NCBI GenBank assembly: GCA_964509765.1
Contig: CAZDYI010000049.1
Span: 3,405 to 67,404 of the forward strand
Direction of reading: 5' to 3'
Length of the DNA: 64,000 nucleotides
DNA from: an uncultured Gammaproteobacteria bacterium
GTDB taxonomy: Bacteria; Pseudomonadota; Gammaproteobacteria; Tethybacterales; Tethybacteraceae
Part shown: piece after piece, positions 45,362 to 55,250 of the stretch
Layout of the letters: each line of letters starts with the position of its first letter
Position numbering within the stretch: the first letter of the stretch is position 1
Program-made: the position numbers and the translations under genes
The notes under the pieces: generated by a model
Told to the model about the DNA's origin: nothing
The model's input: only the letters and a program-made list of their open reading frames with translations
Databases searched by the model: none

Positions 45362-46755
45362 TGTCGGTGGTCCTGCTGTTCGTCCTGCTGATCGGCTTCA
45401 TGATGATCGGCGTCCCGGTCGCGTTCGCGATCGGGCTGTCGTCGGTCCTGTACCTGCTGATGTTCTCGGACGCCTCGCTCGCGTCCGTCGCCCAGACGAT
45501 CTTCCAGGCATTCGAGGGCCACTACACGCTGCTTGCGATCCCGTTCTTCATACTCGCCTCGATGTTCATGTCGACGAGCGGCGTCGCGCGGCGGATCATC
45601 CGCTTCTCGATCGCCTGCGTCGGCCACCTGCGCGGCGGGCTGGCGATCTCGGGGGTGTTCGCCTGCATGATGTTCGCCGCGCTGTCGGGCTCGTCGCCGG
45701 CGACGGTGGTCGCGATCGGCTCGATCGTGATCGCCGCCATGCGCCAGGCAGGCCACTCGAGGGAGTTCTCGGCAGGTGTGATCTGCAGCGCGGGCACGCT
45801 CGGCATCCTGATCCCGCCGTCTATCGTCATGGTCGTCTACGCCGCCGCGGTCGAGGTCTCGGTCGGCCGGATGTTCCTCGCCGGGATACTTCCCGGGATC
45901 CTCGCCGGGCTGCTCCTGATGGCGTCGATCTACGTCATGGCGAGGGTGAGGAACATGCCCAAGGGCGAGTGGAAGGGCTGGGGCGAGGTCTGGGAGTCTT
46001 TCCGCGACGCGTCGTGGGGGCTGCTGCTGATCGTGGTGATCATGGTCGGCATCTACGGCATCCCCGGGGTCACCGCCGCGTTCTTCACGCCGACGGAGGC
46101 GGCCGCGGTCGCCGCGGTGTACGCCTTCGTCGTCGCGACCTTCGTCTACCGCGACGTCGGCCCGCTCGCCGCCCGCGGGGGAGCCGGGAGGGCTGGGCTC
46201 GTCCGCCGCCCGCAGGCGCTGCTCACTTCCTTCGTCCACCCGGACACCCGCAGGACCCTGCTCGAGGCATCGCGCCTGACAATCGTCCTGATGTTCGTGA
46301 TCGCCAACGCGCTATTGCTCAAGCACGTGCTGACCGAGGAGCAGGTCCCGCAGCAGGTCGCGGGCGCGATGGTCTCTGCGGGCCTCGGCCCGATCGCCTT
46401 CCTCGTGATCGTCAACGTGATCCTGCTCATCGGCGGCCAGTTCATGGAGCCGTCGGGGCTGCTCGTGATCGTCGCGCCGCTGGTGTTCCCGATCGCGATC
46501 GAGCTCGGCATAGACCCGATCCACCTCGGCATCATCATGGTCGTCAACATGGAGATCGGGATGATCACCCCGCCAGTGGGCCTGAACCTGTTCGTCACCT
46601 CGGGCGTCGCCGGGATGCCGGTGATGGGGGTCGTCAAGGCCGCGCTGCCGTTCGTCGGGGTGCTGCTGGTCTTCCTCGTGCTGGTCACCTACGTCCCGGC
46701 GCTGTCGACGACCATCCCGAACGCGCTGATGGGGCCGGAGATCGTCTCGAAGTAG
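45361..46755 (+). CDS. dctM: TRAP transporter large permease, 464 aa
   Basis: The ATG overlaps the upstream TGA. Profile is a 12+ TM DctM type with one ~40-aa Arg-rich insertion (VGPLAARGGAGRAGLVRRPQALL...). Confidence 0.85.
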   Translation: MSVVLLFVLLIGFMMIGVPVAFAIGLSSVLYLLMFSDASLASVAQTIFQAFEGHYTLLAIPFFILASMFMSTSGVARRIIRFSIACVGHLRGGLAISGVFACMMFAALSGSSPATVVAIGSIVIAAMRQAGHSREFSAGVICSAGTLGILIPPSIVMVVYAAAVEVSVGRMFLAGILPGILAGLLLMASIYVMARVRNMPKGEWKGWGEVWESFRDASWGLLLIVVIMVGIYGIPGVTAAFFTPTEAAAVAAVYAFVVATFVYRDVGPLAARGGAGRAGLVRRPQALLTSFVHPDTRRTLLEASRLTIVLMFVIANALLLKHVLTEEQVPQQVAGAMVSAGLGPIAFLVIVNVILLIGGQFMEPSGLLVIVAPLVFPIAIELGIDPIHLGIIMVVNMEIGMITPPVGLNLFVTSGVAGMPVMGVVKAALPFVGVLLVFLVLVTYVPALSTTIPNALMGPEIVSK

Positions 46756-46815
46756 TGCGGAAGCCCCAGGGTGGGTATAATTTCCCGGTTGCAACCGCAC
46801 AGGAGGACGGGAAAA

Positions 46816-48147
46816 ATGGTCAAGGGAACGAAACTGGGCGCTTCCGCGCTCGCTGCCGTAATGGTCGCAGGGCTGGCCCTGCCGGCGAACAGGGCGCAGG
46901 CCCAGGAGCTGACGCTGTGCTGGGCGGCGTGGGACCCGGCCAACGCGCTCGTCGAGCTCTCCAAGGACTTCACGGCCGAGACCGGGATCGCGATGAACTT
47001 CGAGTTCGTCCCGTGGACCAACTTCACCGACCGCTTCCAGAACGAGCTCAACTCCAAGGGCGACCTCTGCGACCTCCTGATCGGCGACAGCCAGTGGCTC
47101 GGCGGATCGGCCGAGAACGGCCACTACGTCAAGCTCAACGACTTCTTCGACCGCGAGGGGATCTCGATGGACGACTTCCTCCCGGCGACGGTCTACGCGT
47201 ACTCGACCTGGCCGAAGGGCAGCCCGAACTACTGGGCCCTGCCGGCGATGGGCGACGCGCTCGGCTGGGTCTACCGCAAGGACTGGTTCTCCCGGCCCGA
47301 GCTCCGCAGCGAGTTCAAGTCGAAGTACGGCCACGACCTCGAGCCGCCCAAGACCTGGGACCAGCTGCGCAACATCGGCGAGTTCTTCCAGGGCCGCGAG
47401 ATCGACGGCAAGACCGTCTACGGCATGGCGATCAACACCGAGCGCGGCTCGGAGGGGATCACGATGGGAGTGACCGCCGCGATGTACGCCTGGGGCTTCG
47501 AGTACGACAACCCGAACCGGGACTACGAGATGGACGGCTACACCAACGGCCCGGACGCGGTCGCGGGGCTTGAGTTCTACAAGTCGCTCTACGAGTGCTG
47601 CGTCCCGCCCGGCCACTCGGACGCCTACATGGTCGCCAACCTCGACGCCTACAAGTCGGGGACGGTCGCCCTGCAGATGAACTGGTTCGCGTTCTTCCCG
47701 GGAATCGCCAAGGACCCCGACGTCGGCGGCGACAAGTCGGGCTTCTTCGTCAACCCGGGCCAGAAGATCGAGGCCTCCACCCTCGGCGGACAGGGGATCT
47801 CGGTGGTCTCATACTCGCAGAACCAGGACGAGGCGCTGCAGTACATCAAGTGGTTCGCGACGCCCGGCGTCCAGGCCAAGTGGTGGGAGCTCGGCGGCTA
47901 CTCGTGCCACAACTCGGTCCTCAAGGACCCGGGCTTCGTCAACTCGGCGCCGTTTGCGGCCGACTTCCTGCTCGCGATGAGCGGCGTCAAGGACTTCTGG
48001 CAGGAGCCGGCGTACGCCGAGCTGCTCCAGGCGATGCAGAAGCGCGTCCACGACTACGTCGTCGCCGACAGCGGCACCTCGCAGGAGGCCCTCGACAAGC
48101 TCGTCGAGGACTGGACCGAGATCTTCGAGGACGAGGGCAAGATCTAA
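46816..48147 (+). CDS. Sugar/polyol ABC substrate-binding protein, 443 aa
   Basis: AGGAGG lies 9 nt upstream of ATG 46816. The signal peptide is MVKGTKLGASALAAVMVAGLALPANRAQA. It is the first gene of an operon ending in dha genes. Confidence 0.8.
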   Translation: MVKGTKLGASALAAVMVAGLALPANRAQAQELTLCWAAWDPANALVELSKDFTAETGIAMNFEFVPWTNFTDRFQNELNSKGDLCDLLIGDSQWLGGSAENGHYVKLNDFFDREGISMDDFLPATVYAYSTWPKGSPNYWALPAMGDALGWVYRKDWFSRPELRSEFKSKYGHDLEPPKTWDQLRNIGEFFQGREIDGKTVYGMAINTERGSEGITMGVTAAMYAWGFEYDNPNRDYEMDGYTNGPDAVAGLEFYKSLYECCVPPGHSDAYMVANLDAYKSGTVALQMNWFAFFPGIAKDPDVGGDKSGFFVNPGQKIEASTLGGQGISVVSYSQNQDEALQYIKWFATPGVQAKWWELGGYSCHNSVLKDPGFVNSAPFAADFLLAMSGVKDFWQEPAYAELLQAMQKRVHDYVVADSGTSQEALDKLVEDWTEIFEDEGKI

Positions 48148-48216
48148 GCCGGAAGCGCCCGGCCGGGAGCCGGGCCGCGCACCCCGCGCGCGTCCGCCGC
48201 GCGCGGGAGGAAGCAC

Positions 48217-49122
48217 ATGACAGCGGGGGCCGCCGGCAGGTTCAGGGGGCTGACCGACAGGGCGGTCGCGAACCTGTTCGTCTGGCCGACGATCGTCCTC
48301 CTGCTGGCGATCAACATCTTCCCGCTGCTGTGGACGATCTGGCTCAGCTTCACGAACTACCGGGCCAACCGGCCCAACCGCGAGGTCAAGTGGGTCGGCC
48401 TGCGCAACTACGAGCGCATCCTCGGCGACGAGGAGATCTGGCTGAACCTGCAGCACACCGCGCACTTTCTGTTCTGGACGATGTTCCTGCAGATCGTCCT
48501 GGGTCTCGGGCTCGCGCTCCTGATCAACAAGCAGTTCCGCGGCCACAGCTTCTGGACCACCGCGATCCTGCTGCCGATGATGCTCTCGCCGGCTGTGGTC
48601 GGCGTGTTCTGGACCTACCTGTTCCAGCCGCAGATCGGCATAGTCAGCTACATCGTAAACGCCTTCTACGAGATCGGCCCGCTTGACATGATCGGCAGCG
48701 TCGAGCTCGCGCCATGGGCGATCATCCTCGTCGACACCTGGATGTGGACGCCGTACGTGATGCTGATCTGCCTCGCAGGGCTGCGCTCGATACCGGGGTA
48801 CCTCTACGAGGCGGCCGAGATCGACCGCGCCGGAAGGCTGCGGCAGTTCTGGTCGATCACCCTGCCGATGGTCCTGCCGTTCTTGATGCTCGCGATACTG
48901 TTTAGGGCGATCGAGAACTTCAAGATGTTCGACATGGTCGTCGAGCTGACCTCGGGCGGGCCGGGGTCGACGACCGAGCTCGCGTCGATAACGCTCAAGC
49001 GGGAGGCATTCGAGAAGTGGCGCACCGGCTACAGCTCGGCGTTCGCGATCATCCTGTTCGTGACGGTCTTCGGCGCGGCTAACATCTACGTCAAGGCCCT
49101 CAACGCGGTCAAGCGAAGGTGA
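48217..49122 (+). CDS. Sugar ABC permease, 301 aa
   Basis: 6-TM CUT1 permease profile. Confidence 0.85.
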   Translation: MTAGAAGRFRGLTDRAVANLFVWPTIVLLLAINIFPLLWTIWLSFTNYRANRPNREVKWVGLRNYERILGDEEIWLNLQHTAHFLFWTMFLQIVLGLGLALLINKQFRGHSFWTTAILLPMMLSPAVVGVFWTYLFQPQIGIVSYIVNAFYEIGPLDMIGSVELAPWAIILVDTWMWTPYVMLICLAGLRSIPGYLYEAAEIDRAGRLRQFWSITLPMVLPFLMLAILFRAIENFKMFDMVVELTSGGPGSTTELASITLKREAFEKWRTGYSSAFAIILFVTVFGAANIYVKALNAVKRR

Positions 49123-50054
49123 GCGCGCGCGGACGCGGGGGAACGCTCGCGCGGCGGCTCGCCGCCGCCGCGGTGATCGCCTACGCGCTGGTGACCCTCG
49201 TGCCGATGGTGTGGATCTTCATGACGGGGTTCAAGACCCCGCCGGACTCGATCGCCTACCCGCCGAAGGTCCTGTTCGACCCCTCGCTCGAGGGCTACGT
49301 CAACCTGTTCACCACCCGCTCGCGGCAGACCGACGAGTACATGGCCGAGCTCGGCCCGCCGACGACGTGGTACGACGAGCTCGTCCGGCAGCGCAACATG
49401 GTCATCACCGGCCCGTCGCGCTTCGGGCAGCGCTACGTGAACTCGATCATCATCGGCTTCGGCTCGACGTTCCTCGCGGTGTTCCTCGGGACGCTCGCCG
49501 CGTACGCGTTCTCGCGCTTCCGCGTCCCGCTCGCGGACGACCTGCTGTTCTTCATCCTGTCGACGCGGATGATGCCGCCGATCGCGGTCGCGATCCCGAT
49601 CTACCTGATGTTCAGGCAGGTGGGGCTGTCGGACACCGCGCTCGGGATGATCCTGCTGTACACCGCGGTAAACATGTCGCTGTCGGTCTGGCTGCTCAAG
49701 GGCTTCATCGACGAGATCCCGCGGGAGTACGAGGAGGCCGCGATGATCGACGGCTACACGAGGCTGCAGGCCTTCGTGAAGGTCGTCCTGCCGCAGGCGG
49801 GAACCGGCATCGCGGCGACGTCGATCTTCTGCCTGATCTTCGCGTGGAACGAGTACGCCTTCGTGCTGCTCCTGACCTCCGGGACCGCGCAGACCGCGCC
49901 GCCGTACATCCCGCTGATCATAGGCGAGGGCGGGCTCGACTGGCCGGCGGTCGCCGCGGGCACGACTCTGTTCCTGCTGCCCGTCGTGTTCTTCGCGATC
50001 GTCCTGCGCCGGCACCTGCTGCGCGGGATCACCTTCGGGGCGGTGCGCAAGTGA
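49119..50054 (+). CDS. Sugar ABC permease, 311 aa
   Basis: 6-TM CUT1 permease profile with a 4-nt overlap to the upstream gene. Confidence 0.85.
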   Translation: MSARGRGGTLARRLAAAAVIAYALVTLVPMVWIFMTGFKTPPDSIAYPPKVLFDPSLEGYVNLFTTRSRQTDEYMAELGPPTTWYDELVRQRNMVITGPSRFGQRYVNSIIIGFGSTFLAVFLGTLAAYAFSRFRVPLADDLLFFILSTRMMPPIAVAIPIYLMFRQVGLSDTALGMILLYTAVNMSLSVWLLKGFIDEIPREYEEAAMIDGYTRLQAFVKVVLPQAGTGIAATSIFCLIFAWNEYAFVLLLTSGTAQTAPPYIPLIIGEGGLDWPAVAAGTTLFLLPVVFFAIVLRRHLLRGITFGAVRK

Positions 50055-50239
50055 GCAAGGGCGGCGGCAGGCCGCGGTGGCTGCGGCGCGGGCCGAGCGA
50101 GATGGCGATGACGGTCGTCATCGCGGTCGGCTGCCTGATGCTCCTGCAGCCGTTCTCGATGTGGCTGTTCACCCACTCGTTCGTCGTCATCCTGTTCGGC
50201 ACGGTCGGCTTCATCGTCGTCAGCCACTTCAGGGAGTAG
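50051..50239 (+). CDS. Small two-TM membrane protein, 62 aa, inside the ABC operon
   Basis: The GTG overlaps the permease stop (GTGA). The hydrophobic core is MAMTVVIAVGCLMLLQPFSMWLFTHSFVVILFGTVGFIVV. It ends 3 nt before the next gene. Confidence 0.5.
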   Translation: MSKGGGRPRWLRRGPSEMAMTVVIAVGCLMLLQPFSMWLFTHSFVVILFGTVGFIVVSHFRE

Positions 50240-50242
50240 GGC

Positions 50243-51322
50243 GTGGCGAGCATCACGGCAACGGCGCTGCGCAAGGCCTTCGGCGACTTCGTCGCCGTCG
50301 AGGAGTCCGACTTCACGATCGCCGACGGGGAGTTCTTCGTCATGCTCGGCCCGTCCGGCTGCGGCAAGACGACGACGCTGCGGATGATCGCCGGCCTCGA
50401 GTTCGCGACCTCGGGGACCATCAAGCTCGACGACAAGGACGTCACCGACCTGCCGGCGTCGGCGCGCGACATCGCGTTCGTCTTCCAGCTGTTCGCGCTC
50501 TACCCGCACATGGGCGTGCGCGGCAACATCGGCTTCCCGCTCAAGTGCCAGGGCATGCCCGCGGCCGAGGTGCGAAAGAGGGTCGACGACGCGATGAGGG
50601 TGCTGCGGATCGGGCACCTCGCGGACTCGCGGCTGTCGGCGCTGTCCGGCGGCGACAGGCAGCGCGTCGCGCTCGGCCGGGCGATCGTCCGCGAGCCGGA
50701 GGCGTTCCTGCTCGACGAGCCGCTCGGCGCCCTCGACGCGGAGATGCGCCAGGTGATGTGCGGCGAGCTGCGCACGCTCCACGACCGGCTCGGGACGACG
50801 ATGGTCTACGTCACCCACGACCAGCTCGAGGCGATGTCGATGGCCGACCGGGTCATGGTGATGAACCACGGGATCATCGAGCAGGTCGACACCCCGCAGC
50901 GGATCTACGACAGCCCGTCGACGATGTACGTCGCCGACTTCATCGGCAGCCCGCCGATGTCGTTCCTGGACGCGAGCGGCGCGCTCGGCTCAGCGGCCGG
51001 CGCGGTCAGGGTGGGCGAGGGCGAGGTGAAGGTCCCCGCGGTCGCGCGCGAGCGGGCCGCGGGAGCCGTGGTCGTCGGCGCCCGGCCCGAGCACGTCAGC
51101 CTCTCCGGCGAGGGCGCGCTGCGCGGCCGGGTCTACGGCAGCGAGTACCTCGGGACGACTCAGATCGTCTCGGTCGAGACGCCCGGCGGGATGGTCAGGG
51201 TGCGCGCGGCTGCCGGCGAGAGGGCCTCGCCCGGCGACAGCGTCGGGCTCGACTTCCGCACCGAGCGGCTGTCGCTCTTCGACCCCGCGACGGGCGAGGC
51301 GCTGGAGCTTGCCGGTGGCTGA
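50243..51322 (+). CDS. ABC ATP-binding protein 1 (MalK-like), 359 aa
   Basis: Walker A GPSGCGKTT, signature LSGGDRQRVALGRA, Walker B FLLDEPLGALD. Confidence 0.9.
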   Translation: MASITATALRKAFGDFVAVEESDFTIADGEFFVMLGPSGCGKTTTLRMIAGLEFATSGTIKLDDKDVTDLPASARDIAFVFQLFALYPHMGVRGNIGFPLKCQGMPAAEVRKRVDDAMRVLRIGHLADSRLSALSGGDRQRVALGRAIVREPEAFLLDEPLGALDAEMRQVMCGELRTLHDRLGTTMVYVTHDQLEAMSMADRVMVMNHGIIEQVDTPQRIYDSPSTMYVADFIGSPPMSFLDASGALGSAAGAVRVGEGEVKVPAVARERAAGAVVVGARPEHVSLSGEGALRGRVYGSEYLGTTQIVSVETPGGMVRVRAAAGERASPGDSVGLDFRTERLSLFDPATGEALELAGG

Positions 51323-52328
51323 GGTCGCGCTGCGCGCGGTGAGCAAGAGCTTCGGGGAAACCGAGGCCGTGCGCTCCATGGACCTGACCGTCGCTGACGG
51401 AGAGCTCGTCGTGCTTCTCGGCCCGACCGGCGCGGGCAAGACTACGACCCTGCGCCTGATAGCCGGCCTCGAGAGGGCGGACGCCGGAACGGTCAGCATC
51501 GGCGGCAGCGACGTCACCTCGGCGCCGCCGGCCGGCCGCAACGTCTCGTTCGTCTTCCAGCAGTACTCGCTGTACCCGCACCTGACGGTGTTCGACAACC
51601 TCGCCTTCCCGCTGCGCTCGCCGCTGCACAGGGTGGACGAGGACGGGATCAAAAAGCGCGTCGGGGAGATCGCCCGCCTGCTCCACATCGAGTCCAAGCT
51701 CGGCAACAAGGCGACCGAGCTCTCCGGCGGCGAGATGCAGCGGGTCTCGATCGGGCGCTCGCTCGTTCGCTCGCCGGACGCCTACCTGATGGACGAGCCG
51801 CTGTCGTCGCTCGACGCGAAGCTGCGCGCCGAGCTGCGCCTGGAGATCAAGCGGATCAAGGACGAGCTCAAGGCTACGATGGTCTACGTGACCCACGACC
51901 AGATGGAGGCGATGACGATGGCCGACCGGATCGGCGTGATGCGCGAGGGCGAGCTGGTCCAGGTCGGGACCCCGCAGGAGATCTACGAGAGGCCCGCGGA
52001 CACCTACGTCGCGTCGCGCCTCGGCCAGCCGCAGATCAACCTCATCCCGCGCGACCTCCTCCCTGCGGACGGCATGCCCGCCGGGACCGAGCAGCTCGGG
52101 GCGCGCACCGAGCACCTGCGGATCGAGCCCGACGAGAGCGGGGACGCCAGGGTCAACTGGATCGAGCACCTCGGCAACGAGAACCACCTGCATGTCGTCC
52201 AGGGCGAAACGGAGATGGTCGTGCTCGCCGAGCCGGTCTCGACGGTCGGCCCCGGCGACCGGGTGAGGGTAAGCCTGCGCGACCCGCTGTTCTTCGACGC
52301 GCAGGGCGCAAGGCTGGAGGCGGCATGA
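51309..52328 (+). CDS. ABC ATP-binding protein 2 (MalK-like), 339 aa
   Basis: Walker A GPTGAGKTT, signature LSGGEMQRVSIGRS, Walker B YLMDEPLSSLD. Start is TTG 51309 or GTG 51315. Confidence 0.85.
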   Translation: MPVAEVALRAVSKSFGETEAVRSMDLTVADGELVVLLGPTGAGKTTTLRLIAGLERADAGTVSIGGSDVTSAPPAGRNVSFVFQQYSLYPHLTVFDNLAFPLRSPLHRVDEDGIKKRVGEIARLLHIESKLGNKATELSGGEMQRVSIGRSLVRSPDAYLMDEPLSSLDAKLRAELRLEIKRIKDELKATMVYVTHDQMEAMTMADRIGVMREGELVQVGTPQEIYERPADTYVASRLGQPQINLIPRDLLPADGMPAGTEQLGARTEHLRIEPDESGDARVNWIEHLGNENHLHVVQGETEMVVLAEPVSTVGPGDRVRVSLRDPLFFDAQGARLEAA

Positions 52329-52939
52329 CTGGAGGCAAGGACAGGTTCGCCAAGGCGGTCGCAGGCTGCTGCGAGGCGATCGTTTCCCATGCCGACGAGC
52401 TCACCGACCTCGACCGCGCGATCGGCGACGCCGACCACGGGATCAACATGCGCCGCGGCGCGGAAGCGGTCAGGGAGAGGCTTGCGGAGCTGGAGTCGAT
52501 GGAGCCCGACCGGGCGCTGGTCGAGATCGGCAAGACGCTCGTGATGAAGGTCGGCGGCGCGTCCGGCCCGCTGTTCGGGACGCTGGCGATGTCGTTCGGA
52601 AAGGCCCTTGCCGAGTCCGGCGGCAGCCCTGCGGGCGCCGCCGCGGCCTTCGCCGTCGCGGTCGAGGCCGTGGCCAAGCGCGGTAAGTCGCACCGCGGGC
52701 AGAAGACGATGCTCGACGTCCTCTACCCGATCACGGAAGGCTTCTCGTCCTCGCCGGAGGATTTCGGATCGCTGCCCGGGGTTGCAGAGAGCTCGGCGCA
52801 GGCCACGGTCCCGATGCAGGCCGAGCGCGGCCGCGCGTCGTTCCTCGGCGAGCGCAGCGTCGGCCACATGGACCCAGGGTCGAGGTCTGTCGCGCTGCTG
52901 GTCGCTGCGGCTGTGGAGGCGTACCGAAGCGATGGCTGA
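52325..52939 (+). CDS. dhaL: Dihydroxyacetone kinase, ADP-binding subunit, 204 aa
   Basis: DRAIGDADHGINM motif and ATGA overlap with the upstream gene. Confidence 0.85.
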   Translation: MTGGKDRFAKAVAGCCEAIVSHADELTDLDRAIGDADHGINMRRGAEAVRERLAELESMEPDRALVEIGKTLVMKVGGASGPLFGTLAMSFGKALAESGGSPAGAAAAFAVAVEAVAKRGKSHRGQKTMLDVLYPITEGFSSSPEDFGSLPGVAESSAQATVPMQAERGRASFLGERSVGHMDPGSRSVALLVAAAVEAYRSDG

Positions 52940-53330
52940 GGAGCCGCGGGTCGGCATAGTCATCGTCTCGCACTCGAGCGAGGTTGCGAGCGGAACGGCG
53001 GCCCTGGTCCGGCAGATGGTCGGCGACGAGGTCCCGCTTGCGCACTGCGGCGGCGACGCAGACGGCGGCCTCGGCAGCGACGTCGGGAAAATCGGCGAGG
53101 CGATCGGCGCGGCCTGGTCCGATGCCGGCGTGCTCGTGATCTACGACCTCGGCGGGGCGGAGACCAACGCGGAGATGGCGGTCGAGATGCTCGAGGGCGA
53201 CAGGCAGGCGAAGGTCGCGGTCAGCGGCGCGCCGCTGGTCGAGGGATCGTTCATGGCCGCGGTCGAGTCATCCGGAGGTGCGTCACTCGACGAGGTGAGA
53301 AAGGCGGCCGAGGAGGCGTGCCGTGACTGA
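52932..53330 (+). CDS. dhaM: Dihydroxyacetone kinase phosphotransfer subunit (EIIA-mannose-like domain only), 132 aa
   Basis: N-terminal VGIVIVSHSSEVASG carries the phospho-His. The domain stands alone rather than as the E. coli triple fusion. Confidence 0.8.
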   Translation: MAEEPRVGIVIVSHSSEVASGTAALVRQMVGDEVPLAHCGGDADGGLGSDVGKIGEAIGAAWSDAGVLVIYDLGGAETNAEMAVEMLEGDRQAKVAVSGAPLVEGSFMAAVESSGGASLDEVRKAAEEACRD

Positions 53331-53613
53331 CGGCGGCTCGGCGAGCGAGGAGGTCACCATCACCAATCCCACCGGCCTTCACGCAAGGCCCGGGGTGAGG
53401 TTCACCAAGCTTGCGAAGACGTTCGGCGCCGAGACCGAGATAACCTGCCGGGTCCTGCCGGACGGCGAGCCGTTCGACGCGAAGAGCATCAACATGGTCA
53501 TGAAGGCCAAGGCCAGGCAGGGAGCGACCCTGAGCATCGAGGCCAGCGGGCCCGACGCGAAGGCCGCGGCCGCGGCGCTCGCCGAGCTCGTGCGCTCGGG
53601 CTTTCCCGACTGA
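53323..53613 (+). CDS. ptsH: HPr-like phosphocarrier protein, 96 aa
   Basis: TNPTGLHARPGVRF (His15 motif). Confidence 0.8.
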   Translation: MTDGGSASEEVTITNPTGLHARPGVRFTKLAKTFGAETEITCRVLPDGEPFDAKSINMVMKAKARQGATLSIEASGPDAKAAAAALAELVRSGFPD

Positions 53614-55205
53614 TGGCTGAAGGCGTGAGGCTGGAGGGCCGCTGCGCCTCTTCCGGCCTTGCCCGGGGAAGGGCGCTTGTCCTGGCCCGGGTCGAGAGCG
53701 GCGGCGAGCGGCTGTCGCCGGAAGAGGAGGAGGCCAAGCTTTCCGGCGCGCTTGAAAGCGCCGCGGAGCAGATTGAAGGGATCATGGCGGACTCGGACAG
53801 GGAGGCCGCCGAGATCCTGGAGTTCCAGGTCGAGCTCGCCAGGGATCCCAGTCTGGCCGAGGACGCAGTTGCCGCGGTGCGCGCAGGCAAGAGCGCCCTC
53901 GAGGCCTGGCGCGAGTCGATGGACGCGCAGGTGGCCGAGTACGAGGCGGGCGACGACGAGTACTTCCGGGCCCGCGCCGCCGACCTGGCCGACCTGCGCG
54001 ACCGGGTCGCGCTTGCCATCACCGGCGGAAGCGAGCAGCCCATACCGGACGGCGCCCTGGTCCACGCGGACGACCTGACCGCGAGCAGGTTCCTGTCGGC
54101 ATCGTGGGAGGGAGGCGGGATTTTCCTCGCGCGGGGGAGCGCGGCGAGCCACGTTGCGATGCTCGCGCGCTCGCGCAACGTCCCGATGGTCGTCGGCGCC
54201 GGCTGGCACCCGGAGGTCGACGGCGAGGAGTGCCTGCTGGACGCTTCGGAGGGATCGGTCGTCTCGCATCCGGACGGGGCGGCCGTCGCGCAGTTCGACG
54301 GGAGGATGGCCGCCGAGCTCGAGCGCGCGAAGGAGGCCGAGCGCCACCTGAGGCTGCCTGCGAAGACGGCAGCCGGGGAGAGGGTACTGACCGCGGTAAA
54401 CGTCGCGTCGGCCGAGGACGCCAAGTACCTCGACCCCTCGTTCGCCGACGGGATCGGCCTTGCCCGCACCGAGTTCCTGTTCAAGGGCAGGCTTGCCGGC
54501 GAGGAGGAGCAGCTTGCCAGTTACCGCAGCCTGGTCAAGTGGGCGGACGGCAGGCCGGTGACGATCAGGACGCTCGACGCCGGCGGCGACAAGCCGATAC
54601 CCGGCTTCACGGTCGACGGCGAGAGCAACCCGTTCCTCGGAACGCGCGGACTGCGGCTGTCGCTGTCGCGCCCCGAGGTGTTCCGCGTCCAGGTGCGCGC
54701 GATCCTGCGCGCGGCCGAGGAGGGCCCCGTGAAGCTGATGCTGCCGATGGTGACGCTTGCGGACGAGCTCGCGAAGGCGCGGGACGTCATTGCCGACGAG
54801 GCAAAGGCGCTCGGCATGCAGGACCTCCCGCCGGTGGGGATCATGGTCGAGGTCCCCGCCGCGGCGATGACGGTCGACGCGTTCGACGCCGACTTCTACT
54901 CGATCGGCAGCAACGACCTCACGCAGTACGTGGCGGCTGCAGGCAGGGACGTCGCGGGCCTCGAGGGCCTGGCCGAGGGCAGCCTGCCCGCGGTGCTCGA
55001 GCTCGTGCGCAGGGTCGCCGAGCACGGCAGGAGAACGGGCAGCGAGGTCAGCCTGTGCGGCGAGCTCGCGGGCGACCCGGCGATGACCGCGGACCTGCTC
55101 GGAGCCGGCCTGCGGTCGCTGTCAATGGCGCCCGGCAGGCTCGGCGCGGTGAAGGCCGCGATCGCGAAATGGGGCTCCGCGGGCGCCGCAGATGATGGGG
55201 TATAA
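53613..55205 (+). CDS. ptsI: PEP-protein phosphotransferase (Enzyme I), 530 aa
   Basis: Active-site His context GSAASHVAMLARS, C-terminal CGELAGD, and a TGATG overlap. Confidence 0.85.
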   Translation: MAEGVRLEGRCASSGLARGRALVLARVESGGERLSPEEEEAKLSGALESAAEQIEGIMADSDREAAEILEFQVELARDPSLAEDAVAAVRAGKSALEAWRESMDAQVAEYEAGDDEYFRARAADLADLRDRVALAITGGSEQPIPDGALVHADDLTASRFLSASWEGGGIFLARGSAASHVAMLARSRNVPMVVGAGWHPEVDGEECLLDASEGSVVSHPDGAAVAQFDGRMAAELERAKEAERHLRLPAKTAAGERVLTAVNVASAEDAKYLDPSFADGIGLARTEFLFKGRLAGEEEQLASYRSLVKWADGRPVTIRTLDAGGDKPIPGFTVDGESNPFLGTRGLRLSLSRPEVFRVQVRAILRAAEEGPVKLMLPMVTLADELAKARDVIADEAKALGMQDLPPVGIMVEVPAAAMTVDAFDADFYSIGSNDLTQYVAAAGRDVAGLEGLAEGSLPAVLELVRRVAEHGRRTGSEVSLCGELAGDPAMTADLLGAGLRSLSMAPGRLGAVKAAIAKWGSAGAADDGV

Positions 55206-55250
55206 CTTCAACGGCGCGGCCTGTGGCCGCGCGGCAAAGAGGAGGGAGAG

